24,000 nucleotides of DNA from Geobacterales bacterium (GCA_041738275.1 JBGSQD010000020.1:3441-27440); one strand, 5' to 3'. Positions 1-9,414 are shown, counted from the first letter of the stretch. The notes: generated by a model from the letters alone, not told the origin. Made by a program: numbers and translations.

Positions 1-198
1 GGACAGTTCCCGGAAGGGATCGGCGCGGTCAGTATGGGCTTTATCAATCTGCCGGGTAACAAGGAGAAGGTAAAGATCGTGGAAACACCCAACATCAGCC
101 GGCCGCTGATGCTGATCACCAAGGGTGATCCTTCACCTGCCGTGCAAAAGATCCTCGATTTTTTCAGAGGCGAAGGCAAGAAATACATCAAGGATTAA
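1..198 (+). CDS. 3' fragment of a periplasmic PstS/PBP-like-2 family substrate-binding protein (5' end outside the window)
   Basis: Frame 1 is open from nt 1 to TAA at 196-198. The tail ...RPLMLITKGDPSPAVQKILDFFRGEGKKYIKD resembles the C-termini of phosphate-type binding proteins as I recall them. A hairpin terminator follows. Confidence 0.45.
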   Translation, partial: GQFPEGIGAVSMGFINLPGNKEKVKIVETPNISRPLMLITKGDPSPAVQKILDFFRGEGKKYIKD

Positions 199-213
199 TT
201 TGATTTGAATGAT

Positions 214-245
214 GGGGCGTACGCAATGCGGCGCCCCGTTTTTTT
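214..245 (+). terminator. Rho-independent terminator
   Basis: GGGGCG (214-219) pairs with CGCCCC (232-237), with an inner CGC/GCG pair, followed by a T-run at 239-245. Confidence 0.65.
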
Positions 246-291
246 GTCGTTTGTTCGCCCATAACTCAGATTGATATCCACTGGAGTTCTC

Positions 292-2760
292 ATGACGATC
301 AAAAGCAAACTCTACCTGATCATGGCGGTCACGGTTGTCGGTATCCTGGCAATCGGCGGCTCCAGCCTGATCGGTATGACGGTTGTTAAAGGCAAGCTCA
401 ATATCCTCACGGAGCGGTCAACTCCTTACCAGTTACAGACCATCGAGCTGCAGCGTGCCATACAGGAACATACCTCCGGCTTGATGAAGCTTTCCGTTGT
501 CCAGACCATGGCAGAATTTACCACAGTCAAGGGCGAGGTTGACAAATCAATGGAGACCGTGGCTTCAAAGGCCAAAGAGTTGGCTTCATTTACCGGTTCG
601 AATAGCTCTGCTGGTGTGGAGCAGCTTGCTACAATCACCAAGGAGATGATCGCGGTCACTGATTCGCGCCTGAAAGCTGAGGAAGCAGGGCGGGCAGCCG
701 ATCAGGTCATGAAGGGGAAGCTGCAGCAGATTGCCCAGAAGCTCCGCTCATTGGACAGTTCCATGCGAAAATCACAATCCGGTTCCATGACCCAGCTTTC
801 CGCTTCCAACCAGGGGGTAAAGAGGATCACCAAGAAACTGCGTGATGTCCAGAATGCCGGTAATGCCCTCAACGAGGTAAAACAGACGGTGCTGGAGGTT
901 GCGGCGGCCGACAGCAGAACCGGGGTCACCATTGCCACCAGCAAGTTCAACGCTTCCATCCGCAAGCTGGCCGGCAGTGAAATGGTCAAGGCCGACCCGA
1001 CAGCTGCCAAGCCGCTGCTGGAAGGGGTGACTGATGTCAAGGAACGCGTGACCGGGGCCGATGGTCTGATTCCTCAGAAGATCAGCCTGCTGGCCGTACC
1101 GGATGAGGAAAAGCGGAAGAAGTTCGCCCAGACCCTGGCCCAGACCAATCAGCGTATGTCCCAGATGACGGTGGTCATGGGAGATATAGTTGAGAAGGCG
1201 GGTGAAGATTTTGCTCAGGAAGACAGCCGGTTCGATGCTTCGTTGCAGGGTGCCGGCAGCGCCAGCAGTATTCTGGGCGTTTCCAGCCAACTGATTGCCG
1301 AAGGTTCCGAGATCAGCCGCCTGATCCGGGATATCTTTACCGCTTCCAACCCCAAGGAGCTTTCTGACATCAAAGAGGCCATGAATGCGGCTTTTAACAG
1401 GGCAGCAGCGTTGCAGGTAAAAGGGAACGGAAAAAAGGGCGGCAAAGATGCCGGTGCTGCTGCCGTGTCCGCTGTTATCGGTACACTGAACGATGTCAGG
1501 GGACAGCTGCTGGCAAAGTATGGGGTGGCTGAGACCATTGAACATCTGCTGGCCGTGAAGAAACAGTCTGCGGATTTGAGTGTAAAGCTGATGGAACTGC
1601 TCCAGGCTCAGCGCGAAGAAGGGAAGAAGGGCATGACCAGTGCCCAGGCCGAGCAGGAAAAGGCGGTCAAGTCGGTCAACAAGGTTTTTCGGACCAATAT
1701 CGCTACCGTATCTATTTTAGGGCTGTCGGTGTTGATCATTGGCGTGCTGCTGAGCGGTCTGGTATTGCGTTCCATCAGCAAGCCGATCACTGAATTGTCA
1801 CAAATGGCGGAACGTTTTGGTGGTGGTGACTTTTCCGGTCGGCTGGACGACAAGCGTAAGGACGAGTTCGGGGCATTGGCGGTACATTTTAATGCTGCCA
1901 CGGCAAAACTGGCAGAAATAACTCAGAGCCTGCGTTTGGCTATAACCGACCTTAACAGTGGCGCCCAGGATTTGGCAAGGGCCTCCGGCGACCTCTCTAC
2001 CGGAGCTGCAAGACAATCCAGCGAATCTACCCAGGCAGCCTCAGCCATGACCGAGATGGCGCAGACCATTGATGATGTCGCACGCAACGCTCATACTGCC
2101 GCTACAGAGTCCGGAAACGCATTACAACGGGCCACAACCGGCCGTGAGGTTGTGGAACGCACCGTTACCGGAATGGAGCAGATTGCCGCCTCGGTTCGTG
2201 ATGCCGCCGGGGTCATTGAGGCGTTGGGGGAAAGTTCGACCAAGATCGGCGATATCATCAGCACCATCAACGATATTGCCGACCAGACCAACCTGCTGGC
2301 CCTGAATGCAGCCATTGAAGCTGCCCGTGCCGGAGAAGCCGGTATGGGATTTGCCGTTGTGGCGGATGAGGTGCGCAGGCTTGCCCAGCAGACTGCTGAC
2401 GCAACCAAAGAGATCGCCTCAACTATCGGCCAGATCCAGAAGGACACCGAACGTTCCGTGGGCGCCATGCGTCAGGGGACCGTGAAGGTTAACGAAGGGA
2501 TCACCCTGGCCCATGAAGCCAACGAGTCTCTGAAGGCTATTGTAGAGGCATCCAGTCAGAGTGTTACGGTGGTTAATCAGATTGCCGTGGCAGCAGAAGA
2601 GCAGTCTGCGGTTGCAGGTCAGGTGTCACATGGTGTCGAGAAGATTGCATCCATCACAGTAGACGCCGAGGCCGCCGCCGCTAATATAAGCCGCTCGGCA
2701 GCTCATTTGAATCAACTTGCCGGGGAACTGGAACAGATGGCGTCCTGGTTCAAGGTCTAA
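292..2760 (+). CDS. Methyl-accepting chemotaxis protein (822 aa) with a large helical periplasmic ligand-binding region, HAMP domain and MA signalling domain
   Basis: ATG 292 is preceded by GGAG (283-286); the track start at 271 is a TTG without an SD. TM1 is near aa 10-35 and TM2 near aa 480-500. The highly conserved MCP hairpin [38 protein letters not shown] is present. Confidence 0.9.
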   Translation: MTIKSKLYLIMAVTVVGILAIGGSSLIGMTVVKGKLNILTERSTPYQLQTIELQRAIQEHTSGLMKLSVVQTMAEFTTVKGEVDKSMETVASKAKELASFTGSNSSAGVEQLATITKEMIAVTDSRLKAEEAGRAADQVMKGKLQQIAQKLRSLDSSMRKSQSGSMTQLSASNQGVKRITKKLRDVQNAGNALNEVKQTVLEVAAADSRTGVTIATSKFNASIRKLAGSEMVKADPTAAKPLLEGVTDVKERVTGADGLIPQKISLLAVPDEEKRKKFAQTLAQTNQRMSQMTVVMGDIVEKAGEDFAQEDSRFDASLQGAGSASSILGVSSQLIAEGSEISRLIRDIFTASNPKELSDIKEAMNAAFNRAAALQVKGNGKKGGKDAGAAAVSAVIGTLNDVRGQLLAKYGVAETIEHLLAVKKQSADLSVKLMELLQAQREEGKKGMTSAQAEQEKAVKSVNKVFRTNIATVSILGLSVLIIGVLLSGLVLRSISKPITELSQMAERFGGGDFSGRLDDKRKDEFGALAVHFNAATAKLAEITQSLRLAITDLNSGAQDLARASGDLSTGAARQSSESTQAASAMTEMAQTIDDVARNAHTAATESGNALQRATTGREVVERTVTGMEQIAASVRDAAGVIEALGESSTKIGDIISTINDIADQTNLLALNAAIEAARAGEAGMGFAVVADEVRRLAQQTADATKEIASTIGQIQKDTERSVGAMRQGTVKVNEGITLAHEANESLKAIVEASSQSVTVVNQIAVAAEEQSAVAGQVSHGVEKIASITVDAEAAAANISRSAAHLNQLAGELEQMASWFKV

Positions 2761-2783
2761 AAGTATAATATTCTTTCAGATGG

Positions 2784-2813
2784 AGCCCCGCTGATTGCAG
2801 TGGGGCTTTTTTT
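2784..2813 (+). terminator. Rho-independent terminator
   Basis: AGCCCCGCTG (2784-2793), loop ATTG, CAGTGGGGCT (2798-2807), then a T-run to 2813. Confidence 0.7.
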
Positions 2814-2877
2814 ATGGATTATCAACTAAGCAATAAAGGTATATAGTCCTGTTTATTCTAAGAACAGGGATCACAGT

Positions 2878-3765
2878 ATGGCCCGGATACTCACGTTATA
2901 TATTCTGCTGATTGTGGTGATGCTGTTACAGGTTCCTGTCTCAGCCGGAGTTGCCGAGCAGCCGAGCAAACCGGTTATCCGTTTTGGCGTTATCCCCCGT
3001 TACAACCCGGTGGTTATGTACAAGCGCTACCAGCCGATCATGGACTACCTTACCAAAAACACCCCCTACCACTTCGAGCTGAAGATCAGCCGCGACTACC
3101 CGGAGGCGGTGCGCTATCTCAAGGACGGTGTCACCCAGATCAGCTCCCTGGGGGATGTTACCTTTACCGAGGCCAGCACACTCTATGGCGCGATCCCGAT
3201 ACTGAAACCGCTCAATCAGGACGGGGTTCCCTATTACCGCTCCGCCATAATTGTGCCGAACCATTCGCCGTTAAAATCATTGAAGGACCTCAAGGATAAG
3301 ACGTTGGTATTCGGTTCTCCACACTCCACCTCGGGAAACCTTATCCCCCGTTACATGCTGTGGAACAGCGGCATCAAACTCCAGGATCTGGCCTTGTTCA
3401 CGAACCTCAAACACCATGACGCGGTGGCCAAGGCCGTTCTGAAGGGACAATACGACGCCGGTGCGGTCAAGGATGTGATCGCCAAAAAATACATGAATTA
3501 CGGATTGAGGGTTCTGGCCTATTCAGACCCTCTTCCCTCTGTCCCGTTCGTGGTCAGAAAAGAGGCCTCCCCCGAGTTCATCAAGGCCGTAAAACAGGCC
3601 CTGCTGAAGCTTGACCGCAACAATCCCGAACACAAAAAGATCATGGCCACCTGGGACGACGAGTTCAAATACGGATTTGCGGAGGCGAACTCCGATGACT
3701 ACCGGATGATCTTCGGTATGATCCGTAACATTCCCACCGGGTGCGGTATCGGGTGTCACCGATGA
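2878..3765 (+). CDS. Secreted PhnD-type (phosphonate/oxyanion) periplasmic binding protein, ArrX/AioX-like sensor component candidate
   Basis: Signal peptide MARILTLYILLIVVMLLQVPVSA. PhnD-like core (IRFGVIP...YYRSAIIV...GSPHSTSGNLIP...). The stop TGA overlaps the kinase ATG (ATGA at 3762-3765). Unusual C-terminal CGIGCHR tail. Confidence 0.8.
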   Translation: MARILTLYILLIVVMLLQVPVSAGVAEQPSKPVIRFGVIPRYNPVVMYKRYQPIMDYLTKNTPYHFELKISRDYPEAVRYLKDGVTQISSLGDVTFTEASTLYGAIPILKPLNQDGVPYYRSAIIVPNHSPLKSLKDLKDKTLVFGSPHSTSGNLIPRYMLWNSGIKLQDLALFTNLKHHDAVAKAVLKGQYDAGAVKDVIAKKYMNYGLRVLAYSDPLPSVPFVVRKEASPEFIKAVKQALLKLDRNNPEHKKIMATWDDEFKYGFAEANSDDYRMIFGMIRNIPTGCGIGCHR

Positions 3766-5234
3766 GGTTGCGCTATCTTGCCGGGATAAAAGGGAAGTTC
3801 GTGCTGGCAGCGGCGCTGATCGTGGCCATCTCCTCCATAATCTGGGGAACCTGGGCATGGCGCAACGAAAAACGGCTATTGTATGATCGCCTGGTAAGCA
3901 ACGCCCGCAGCATGGCGATCTCGCTCAGAACGCCGATTATCAACGCCCTTGTCTACGAGGAAATGGGAGTTATTGCCGAAGGCGGGCTTCTGGACAATTT
4001 TGTGGAAGAAATCGTGGCGAACAAGGATTTCCCGACCCTGTACGCCTTTGTGACCGACGACAAGGGCAAGGTGCTGGCCCACAACCGCTACATGGAATAT
4101 GGTCTTATCTATACGGATGATCTTACCCGGCAAGCCCTGTTTGGCGATTCATTCATATCCAGGACCGTCATCGATGCTGCATCGCAGGAGCATGTTCTCG
4201 ATATTGCCATGCCGTTGCGCATCTACGGCAAGAGCTGGGGGAGCCTCCGGGTTGGTTTCTCCATGAAGCCGCTTGAACGTGAGCTCTATCTGATGGGGGT
4301 CAAGGTCGTATCCTTCACGGCAATCTTTTTCCTTGCAGGTACGGTCCTGTTCTATTTTGTCGGGCAGACAATAACGCGGCCGATTCAGAATCTTGCCGAG
4401 GCAATGTCGGAACTCGACCCCCAGACGCTGACGGTTGATCTACCTGAGGCGAGGAATGACGAGATCGGACAGTTGCAGGAAAGTTTCAGCGGGATGCTGG
4501 ATCGGTTGCGGGCAAGCGAGAGCGAGCGCCAACAGGTCTTTTCCACCCTGGTCCAGAGTGAAAAGCTGGCCACCATCGGCAAGCTGGTGGCTGGCGTGGC
4601 CCATGAGGTCAACAATCCCCTCAACGCCATATCCAGCTCCATCTATTACCTGGAAAAGGAACCGTCGGAAAGTGTCGGAAAGCAGACCGCTCTCCTTAAA
4701 CAGGGCCTGGCGCGTATCCAGAAAATAGTCCAGCAGTTGAGCGATTTCAGCCGTGCGAGCAATCTGATCATGGAAGCGGTGCCGAGCGATTTGTTCTTTC
4801 AGGAGGCAGCAACATTTGGGGCCATGGCACTCAAAAAGAGGACAGTTTTTTTCAAATCTTTCGATAACTGTATCCCGCCGGCCACCGTGCGCATGGACAA
4901 GGCCAAGATGCATCAGGTCGTCCTGAACCTCCTGATGAACGCCGCCGACGCCTGCGGTACAAAGGGCGTGGTCCGCATTTCGGCGTCGGCCGATGACACT
5001 GACTATGTCATCACGGTAACGGACAATGGCGAGGGGATACCGGAAGAGATCCAGGGGCATATCTTCGAGATTTTTTTCAGCACCAAAAAGGCGGGCAAGG
5101 GTACCGGAATGGGGCTGGCCATCTGCAAGAACATCGTAGACATGCACAACGGTACCATCAGTGTGGCAAGCCGGACAGGAGAAACGATCTTTACCATCCG
5201 GATCCCGCTGGAAAACGAGGTTCAGACGGTATGA
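3762..5234 (+). CDS. Membrane sensor histidine kinase (periplasmic domain, HAMP, HisKA, HATPase_c), ArrS/AioS-like
   Basis: ATG 3762 forms a 4-nt ATGA overlap with the upstream stop. There are two TM segments flanking a ~150-aa periplasmic domain. H-box [13 protein letters not shown]-box LLMNAADA and G-boxes DNGEGI / GTGMGLAI are present. Confidence 0.85.
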   Translation: MRLRYLAGIKGKFVLAAALIVAISSIIWGTWAWRNEKRLLYDRLVSNARSMAISLRTPIINALVYEEMGVIAEGGLLDNFVEEIVANKDFPTLYAFVTDDKGKVLAHNRYMEYGLIYTDDLTRQALFGDSFISRTVIDAASQEHVLDIAMPLRIYGKSWGSLRVGFSMKPLERELYLMGVKVVSFTAIFFLAGTVLFYFVGQTITRPIQNLAEAMSELDPQTLTVDLPEARNDEIGQLQESFSGMLDRLRASESERQQVFSTLVQSEKLATIGKLVAGVAHEVNNPLNAISSSIYYLEKEPSESVGKQTALLKQGLARIQKIVQQLSDFSRASNLIMEAVPSDLFFQEAATFGAMALKKRTVFFKSFDNCIPPATVRMDKAKMHQVVLNLLMNAADACGTKGVVRISASADDTDYVITVTDNGEGIPEEIQGHIFEIFFSTKKAGKGTGMGLAICKNIVDMHNGTISVASRTGETIFTIRIPLENEVQTV

Positions 5235-6589
5235 TCAAGATACTGATTGTGGAGGATGACCCGCTGCTCTGGCAACCGCTGCAATATGCACTGCAGGGAG
5301 AGGGGTACGTAGTGCGGGTGGCCACGGATGGAGCAGAAGCACTGGCCGCCTCCGCCGAGGAGAGCTTTGACCTGCTGCTGGAGGATCTGCATCTCCCCGA
5401 CTCCAACGGTTTGGATATCATGCGTGAGATTACCATGCGCCATCCGGCCTGCAAGGTGCTGGTCATGACCGGCTATGCCACCATAGAAAATGCCGTCGAG
5501 GCCATGAAGATCGGTGCCTTCGATTTCATAACCAAACCGTTTCATCTGGAGCTGGTCTTCCTGAAGATCAGGCGAGTGATCGAATTCCGCGATATGGCAA
5601 ATCTCGTGGAATCGGCCGAATGCAGGAAGAGGAGTGTGATGACTCGCTGTCCGGATATGCGCAGGGTCATTGAGGTTGCGGAGACGGCAGCACCAACCGG
5701 GGCAACCGTCCTTCTCATGGGAGAGAGCGGCACCGGCAAGGAGGTGTTGGCTGACTATATTCAGGGGCAGAGTGCGGTAAAAGACAGGCCTTACATCAAG
5801 GTCAACTGTGCCGCCATTCCGGATTCGCTCTTCGAAAGCGAGCTGTTCGGCGCTGACAAGGGTGCCTACACCGGATCTGTGGCAGAGCGTATCGGGTATG
5901 TGGAGTCTGCCCATGGCGGGACTCTCTTCCTGGACGAAATCGCGGATATTCCCCTGCAAGTCCAGGGGAAGCTGTTGAGAGTACTGGAAAACGGCAGCTT
6001 CTACCGGGTTGGTGGGACCAGGCAACGGAGGTCCGACTTCCGGCTGATTGCCACCAGCAGCAGGGACCTTGCCGAGGCGGTACAGATGCGAATATTCAGG
6101 GAGGACCTGTATTACCGGGTCAATGTGATCGCCCTGACGATCCCGCCGTTGCGGCAGCGGAGGGAGGACATCCCGCTGCTCACGGCCCATTTCTTGAAAA
6201 AGCTGCAACTACCTGGCTGCAATGGGTCTATCACCCTGTCGTCCCAGGTACTGGACATCCTTTCTCTCTACGGTTATCCGGGCAATGTGCGCGAGTTGAG
6301 AAACATCCTGGAACATCTCTCCATGCTCTATCCGGGTGAAAAGATCAAACCGTCCCATCTCCCGGCCCATATGAGGGACTCTGCTTATATTGGCAACCTG
6401 TTCGAGACCTTTACCGTGGAGAAACCGCTTCGGGAGGCGACCCAGGAATTCGAGGCCCGCTACATTGAGAAGGTTCTCAGGGCGGCTGGAGGGAGCAAGA
6501 CCCATGCTGCTGCCCTGCTGGGTATCTCCCGCAAGGTGCTCTGGGAAAAATTGAACCGGATTGCATTCCTCGGCGAGAACAACTGCTGA
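5231..6589 (+). CDS. Sigma54-dependent (NtrC-family) response regulator: REC, AAA+ and Fis-type HTH
   Basis: ATGA overlap with the kinase stop (5231-5234). REC domain (KILIVEDD...LLLEDLHLPDSNG), Walker A GESGTGKE, sigma54-contact loop ESELFGADKGAYTGS, C-terminal HTH (KTHAAALLGISRKVLWEKL). Confidence 0.9.
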   Translation: MIKILIVEDDPLLWQPLQYALQGEGYVVRVATDGAEALAASAEESFDLLLEDLHLPDSNGLDIMREITMRHPACKVLVMTGYATIENAVEAMKIGAFDFITKPFHLELVFLKIRRVIEFRDMANLVESAECRKRSVMTRCPDMRRVIEVAETAAPTGATVLLMGESGTGKEVLADYIQGQSAVKDRPYIKVNCAAIPDSLFESELFGADKGAYTGSVAERIGYVESAHGGTLFLDEIADIPLQVQGKLLRVLENGSFYRVGGTRQRRSDFRLIATSSRDLAEAVQMRIFREDLYYRVNVIALTIPPLRQRREDIPLLTAHFLKKLQLPGCNGSITLSSQVLDILSLYGYPGNVRELRNILEHLSMLYPGEKIKPSHLPAHMRDSAYIGNLFETFTVEKPLREATQEFEARYIEKVLRAAGGSKTHAAALLGISRKVLWEKLNRIAFLGENNC

Positions 6590-6603
6590 ACCAGGACTCT
6601 GAC

Positions 6604-7524
6604 ATGAAACAAATGTATTTAACAATATTGGCGCTGCTGGTCCTGGTATGCATTTCCTGCAACCGCAAGGAACCGGTTCAGATAAGCATGAAGGCTGAGA
6701 CACCGGTCAGACAGCCGGTACCCCCTCAGGTTAAGGAGCCGTTGCGCATCGGTATGGGAGCCATGATTACCCCCAAGGAAGGCTATGTTTATTACCAACG
6801 GCTGCAGGCCTACATCGGCAAAAGGCTTGGCCGTACCGTGCAACTGGTGGACCGCGGCAACTATAAAGAGATGAATCGTCTCCTGGAAACTGGTGAGCTG
6901 GATGCGGCTTTTGTCTGTGCCGGGCCGTACGTGGAGGGGAAGGAAAAATTCGGCATGGAACTCCTGGCCATGCCGCTGGTCAAGGGGAAGCCGATTTACC
7001 GTTCATACATAATCGTTCGCAAAGATAGTCCTATCAAACAATTTGAGGATTTACGGGGCAAGGTGTTTGCATTTGCCGATCCCAAGTCCAATACCGGTAA
7101 ACTGGTGCCTACCTACATGCTTTCCAGGATGAACGAGACCCCGGACAGTTTCTTTGCCCACTATATCTTTACGTATGGCCACGATCAATCTATCCGGTCT
7201 GTGGCCGAGAGGCTGGTTGACGGGGCAGCCGTTGACAGCCTGATCTTGGACTATCTGGCTCAGAGGACGCCAGCGCTGATAAAAAATATTCGGATCATTG
7301 CCAAGTCCGGCCCTTACGGTATCCCGCCGGTGGTGGTCAGACCCGGACTCGACCCTGAACTCAAGAAGCAACTGAAAGACATTTTGTTGTCTGCGTCAGC
7401 AGATCCGGAAGGTAATGATATCCTGAAAGGGATGATGATTGACCGATTTGTTGAGGGCGATGACACGAACTATGACACCATCCGCCGGATAAACCGGTGG
7501 GTTGCCGAGTATCGAAAAGAATAA
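6604..7524 (+). CDS. Second PhnD-type periplasmic binding protein (secreted, possibly a lipoprotein), ArrX/AioX-like
   Basis: AGGA lies 7 nt upstream of the ATG. Signal sequence MKQMYLTILALLVLVCISC. PhnD-like core (LRIGMGAMITP...IYRSYIIV...ADPKSNTGKLVP...). It is only distantly similar to the first binding protein. Confidence 0.8.
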   Translation: MKQMYLTILALLVLVCISCNRKEPVQISMKAETPVRQPVPPQVKEPLRIGMGAMITPKEGYVYYQRLQAYIGKRLGRTVQLVDRGNYKEMNRLLETGELDAAFVCAGPYVEGKEKFGMELLAMPLVKGKPIYRSYIIVRKDSPIKQFEDLRGKVFAFADPKSNTGKLVPTYMLSRMNETPDSFFAHYIFTYGHDQSIRSVAERLVDGAAVDSLILDYLAQRTPALIKNIRIIAKSGPYGIPPVVVRPGLDPELKKQLKDILLSASADPEGNDILKGMMIDRFVEGDDTNYDTIRRINRWVAEYRKE

Positions 7525-7655
7525 AACCTCACCGTCAGAAATAATTAACTGATTTTGGTTGGATCCTCCTGCCAATTAATTACCCCCCCACCTTCACCAT
7601 CAGCGCCAAGAAATGCGGTCACCTTTCCAACGTATCTGTGGATAGGCTGCTCTAT

Positions 7656-7671
7656 TGGCAACATTCTTGTA
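7656..7671 (+). promoter_or_regulatory. Weak candidate sigma54 (-24/-12) promoter
   Basis: TGGCAA-N5-TTGTA has the correct GG to G spacing, but the -12 element is GT rather than GC. It is the best match in the 402-nt leader upstream of the cytochrome/arr operon, next to a sigma54 activator gene. Confidence 0.2.
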
Positions 7672-7926
7672 ATCATAATAATTAAGAGACATTTTGCCGG
7701 GTGCTATCTGAATTGACCGCCTGCATCCGGAAAGTTCGTCAAGGCAGCCGGAGGCACGAAACAAGGGCTTCGGTGCGATCGTCATCTTCCGAACGAAAAG
7801 CTTGCCGGGAAATTTGTTGACCGGAAGCCATGTCAATTGGCCGAGGGCGTTACGAAGTCGTAACAGATTCGCGAGTGCAGGCTGGAAGCCTACCCACGTA
7901 ACAACTTAATAAAGGGGATTGAAGCT

Positions 7927-9414
7927 GTGGATGAAAAAAGTAACGAGCCCGCTCGGATGGGGAAATTCAAAAAATGGCTGATTATTGTGCTGATTTTGCT
8001 GGTCGTGATCGTGGCTGGAGTGTTGGCCGTCCTTGTGGCAGCGGAAAAATACACGGGCCGGTCCGAGTTCTGCGGCTCGCAATGTCACATTATGAAGCCG
8101 AATTATGAAACATGGAAGAAGGACAAACACAGCAAACCTGACAAGGAAACCGGCAAGATCACCGGCTGTATAGACTGCCATTACAAACCAGGAGAAAAGC
8201 CAACCCCAAAAGCTAAATTCAGGGGCCTGGGCCAGCTTTTTTCCTATCTGGCCACTGGCGATAAAGAGGTACGCAAAAGACCGATAGTTAGCGATCTTAC
8301 CTGCACCACTGCCAAATGTCATCCTTTGGACAAGCTCCTGCCCAAGCCGATCGACTACAAAAAGAAGTATGTCACGGAATACAAGGAGAAACTCAAGCCG
8401 TTCACCCATAAGACCCATCTCGAAAAAAAGATCGATGGCCAGAAGCTCCAGTGCGCTTCCTGCCATCTGCACCAGTCGCGTGACAAGCATTTCGAGGTGC
8501 CGAAGGAGCTCTGTTTCATCTGTCATTTCCGAAGAACCACGGAAAACCAGGGACGTGCCAAGTGCAGCATATGTCACGAGATCCCGACAAAGGCCATGAA
8601 AGCCAAGAATGCCGAAGCAAGCAGCGAGGAAAAGGCAAAAAAACCGATAACCCATCAGGCACTGGAAAAAGGCAAGGTACCATGCAGCAGTTGCCACCTG
8701 GAGATGATTCGGGTCAGCAACAGGCTGAAGGCGGATTTCTGTCTTGAGTGCCACCATGATGCGTCACCGGAACTGCTTGCCAAGGGCGGCAACAGGACGC
8801 TGATGCATCAGGAGCATGTCAACAAACAGACAGCCCGTTGCCCCCAGTGCCATGAAACCGTGACCCACAAGAAGTACTCGTATCTTGATGCCGGGGTACA
8901 AAATTGCGATGTCTGCCATGCCAAGCCCCATACCTATACGAAGAAACTCCTGGAGGGAAAAGGTGCCCAGGGTATCAAGGAAAAATACCCGTCGCTCATG
9001 CATGCCTTTGGTGTCAACTGCGTTGCATGCCACAGCAAGGATGGCCGCGATGCCAAGGGGAACAAGGTCAAGAAGGGATCGGACAAGGCCTGTGCCGTGT
9101 GCCATAACAATGATCCTAGATACGGCAAGATGATCGTTCAGTGGGGGCAGGATATCAAGGATGCCCTGGCAGAAGCTAAAAAGGCGGAACAGGTGGCAGT
9201 GGAGGCCCTGCAACAGGCCAAGGGCAATATACCGGCCAAGACAAAGGCCAAGATGAATGCCGCCCAGGAAAACCTCAGGGTCGCCTCTGCCGGTGGCGGA
9301 GTTCACAACAAGAAATTTGCCATGTTGCTGATCGATATGGCGCAACAGGGATTCGAAGAGGTAGCTGCAGAAGTTATGGGAAATGCCCAGAAAGGAGAAA
9401 AGAATGAAAATTAA
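7927..9414 (+). CDS. Membrane-anchored multihaem c-type cytochrome (NapC/NirT/NrfH-like N-terminus), 12 haem-binding motifs
   Basis: GTG 7927 lies 8 nt after AGGGGA. One N-terminal TM helix (WLIIVLILLVVIVAGVLAVLVAA). Ten CXXCH motifs plus CGSQCH (CX3CH, nt 8071) and CTTAKCH (CX4CH, nt 8302). The first site is CH-I-M as in NrfH. Confidence 0.85.
   Translation: MDEKSNEPARMGKFKKWLIIVLILLVVIVAGVLAVLVAAEKYTGRSEFCGSQCHIMKPNYETWKKDKHSKPDKETGKITGCIDCHYKPGEKPTPKAKFRGLGQLFSYLATGDKEVRKRPIVSDLTCTTAKCHPLDKLLPKPIDYKKKYVTEYKEKLKPFTHKTHLEKKIDGQKLQCASCHLHQSRDKHFEVPKELCFICHFRRTTENQGRAKCSICHEIPTKAMKAKNAEASSEEKAKKPITHQALEKGKVPCSSCHLEMIRVSNRLKADFCLECHHDASPELLAKGGNRTLMHQEHVNKQTARCPQCHETVTHKKYSYLDAGVQNCDVCHAKPHTYTKKLLEGKGAQGIKEKYPSLMHAFGVNCVACHSKDGRDAKGNKVKKGSDKACAVCHNNDPRYGKMIVQWGQDIKDALAEAKKAEQVAVEALQQAKGNIPAKTKAKMNAAQENLRVASAGGGVHNKKFAMLLIDMAQQGFEEVAAEVMGNAQKGEKNEN

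Noticed and set aside
271-291. The upstream-most starts given by the ORF track (271, 3741, 9383, 16917).
   Set aside because: The downstream ATGs at 292, 3762, 9404 and 16920 have proper SD spacing. They also give a 4-nt ATGA overlap (3762) or place the Tat motif (9404) or signal sequence at the N-terminus. The track starts are simply the longest ORFs.
3763-3789. Read-through of the TGA ending the first binding protein would add U-GCAILPG after the Cys-rich CGIGCHR tail.
   Set aside because: The TGA is part of a typical ATGA coupling overlap with the kinase start. The extension is only 7 codons, and I see no SECIS-like hairpin. This is far weaker than the hgcA case.
5222-6208. Long antisense ORFs in the track, e.g. 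5222-6208(-), 10820-11854(-), 7906-8757(-), 772-1545(-), 4440-5147(-), 14057-14725(+), 15217-15882(-), 17471-18052(-), 17887-18510(-), 21667-22344(-).
   Set aside because: Each lies wholly antisense to, or out of frame within, a gene with strong family signatures. Their translations are low-complexity and R/G/P/H-rich, as expected from GC-rich antisense frames. None has a convincing SD or recognisable motif.
7830-7901. A 23-codon uORF (MSIGRGRYEVVTDSRVQAGSLPT) in the arr leader, which coincidentally contains RGRY.
   Set aside because: The SD is poor (GGAAG only 3 nt from the ATG). There is no compositional support, and the RGRY match to ArrA is most likely chance.
7525-7926. A Moco riboswitch or a GEMM (c-di-GMP/cGAMP) riboswitch in the leader of the Mo-enzyme/cytochrome operon.
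   Set aside because: Both are common in Geobacter-type genomes in this context, so I looked for them. I could not find the conserved cores as I remember them (GGCAAACC...GGGACGCAAAGCC for GEMM; a P1 pairing the SD with an upstream CUCCGAG-type segment for Moco). Only loose resemblances were seen (GGCACGAAACAAGGGC, CTGGAAGCCTACCC). cmsearch against Rfam is needed to be sure.
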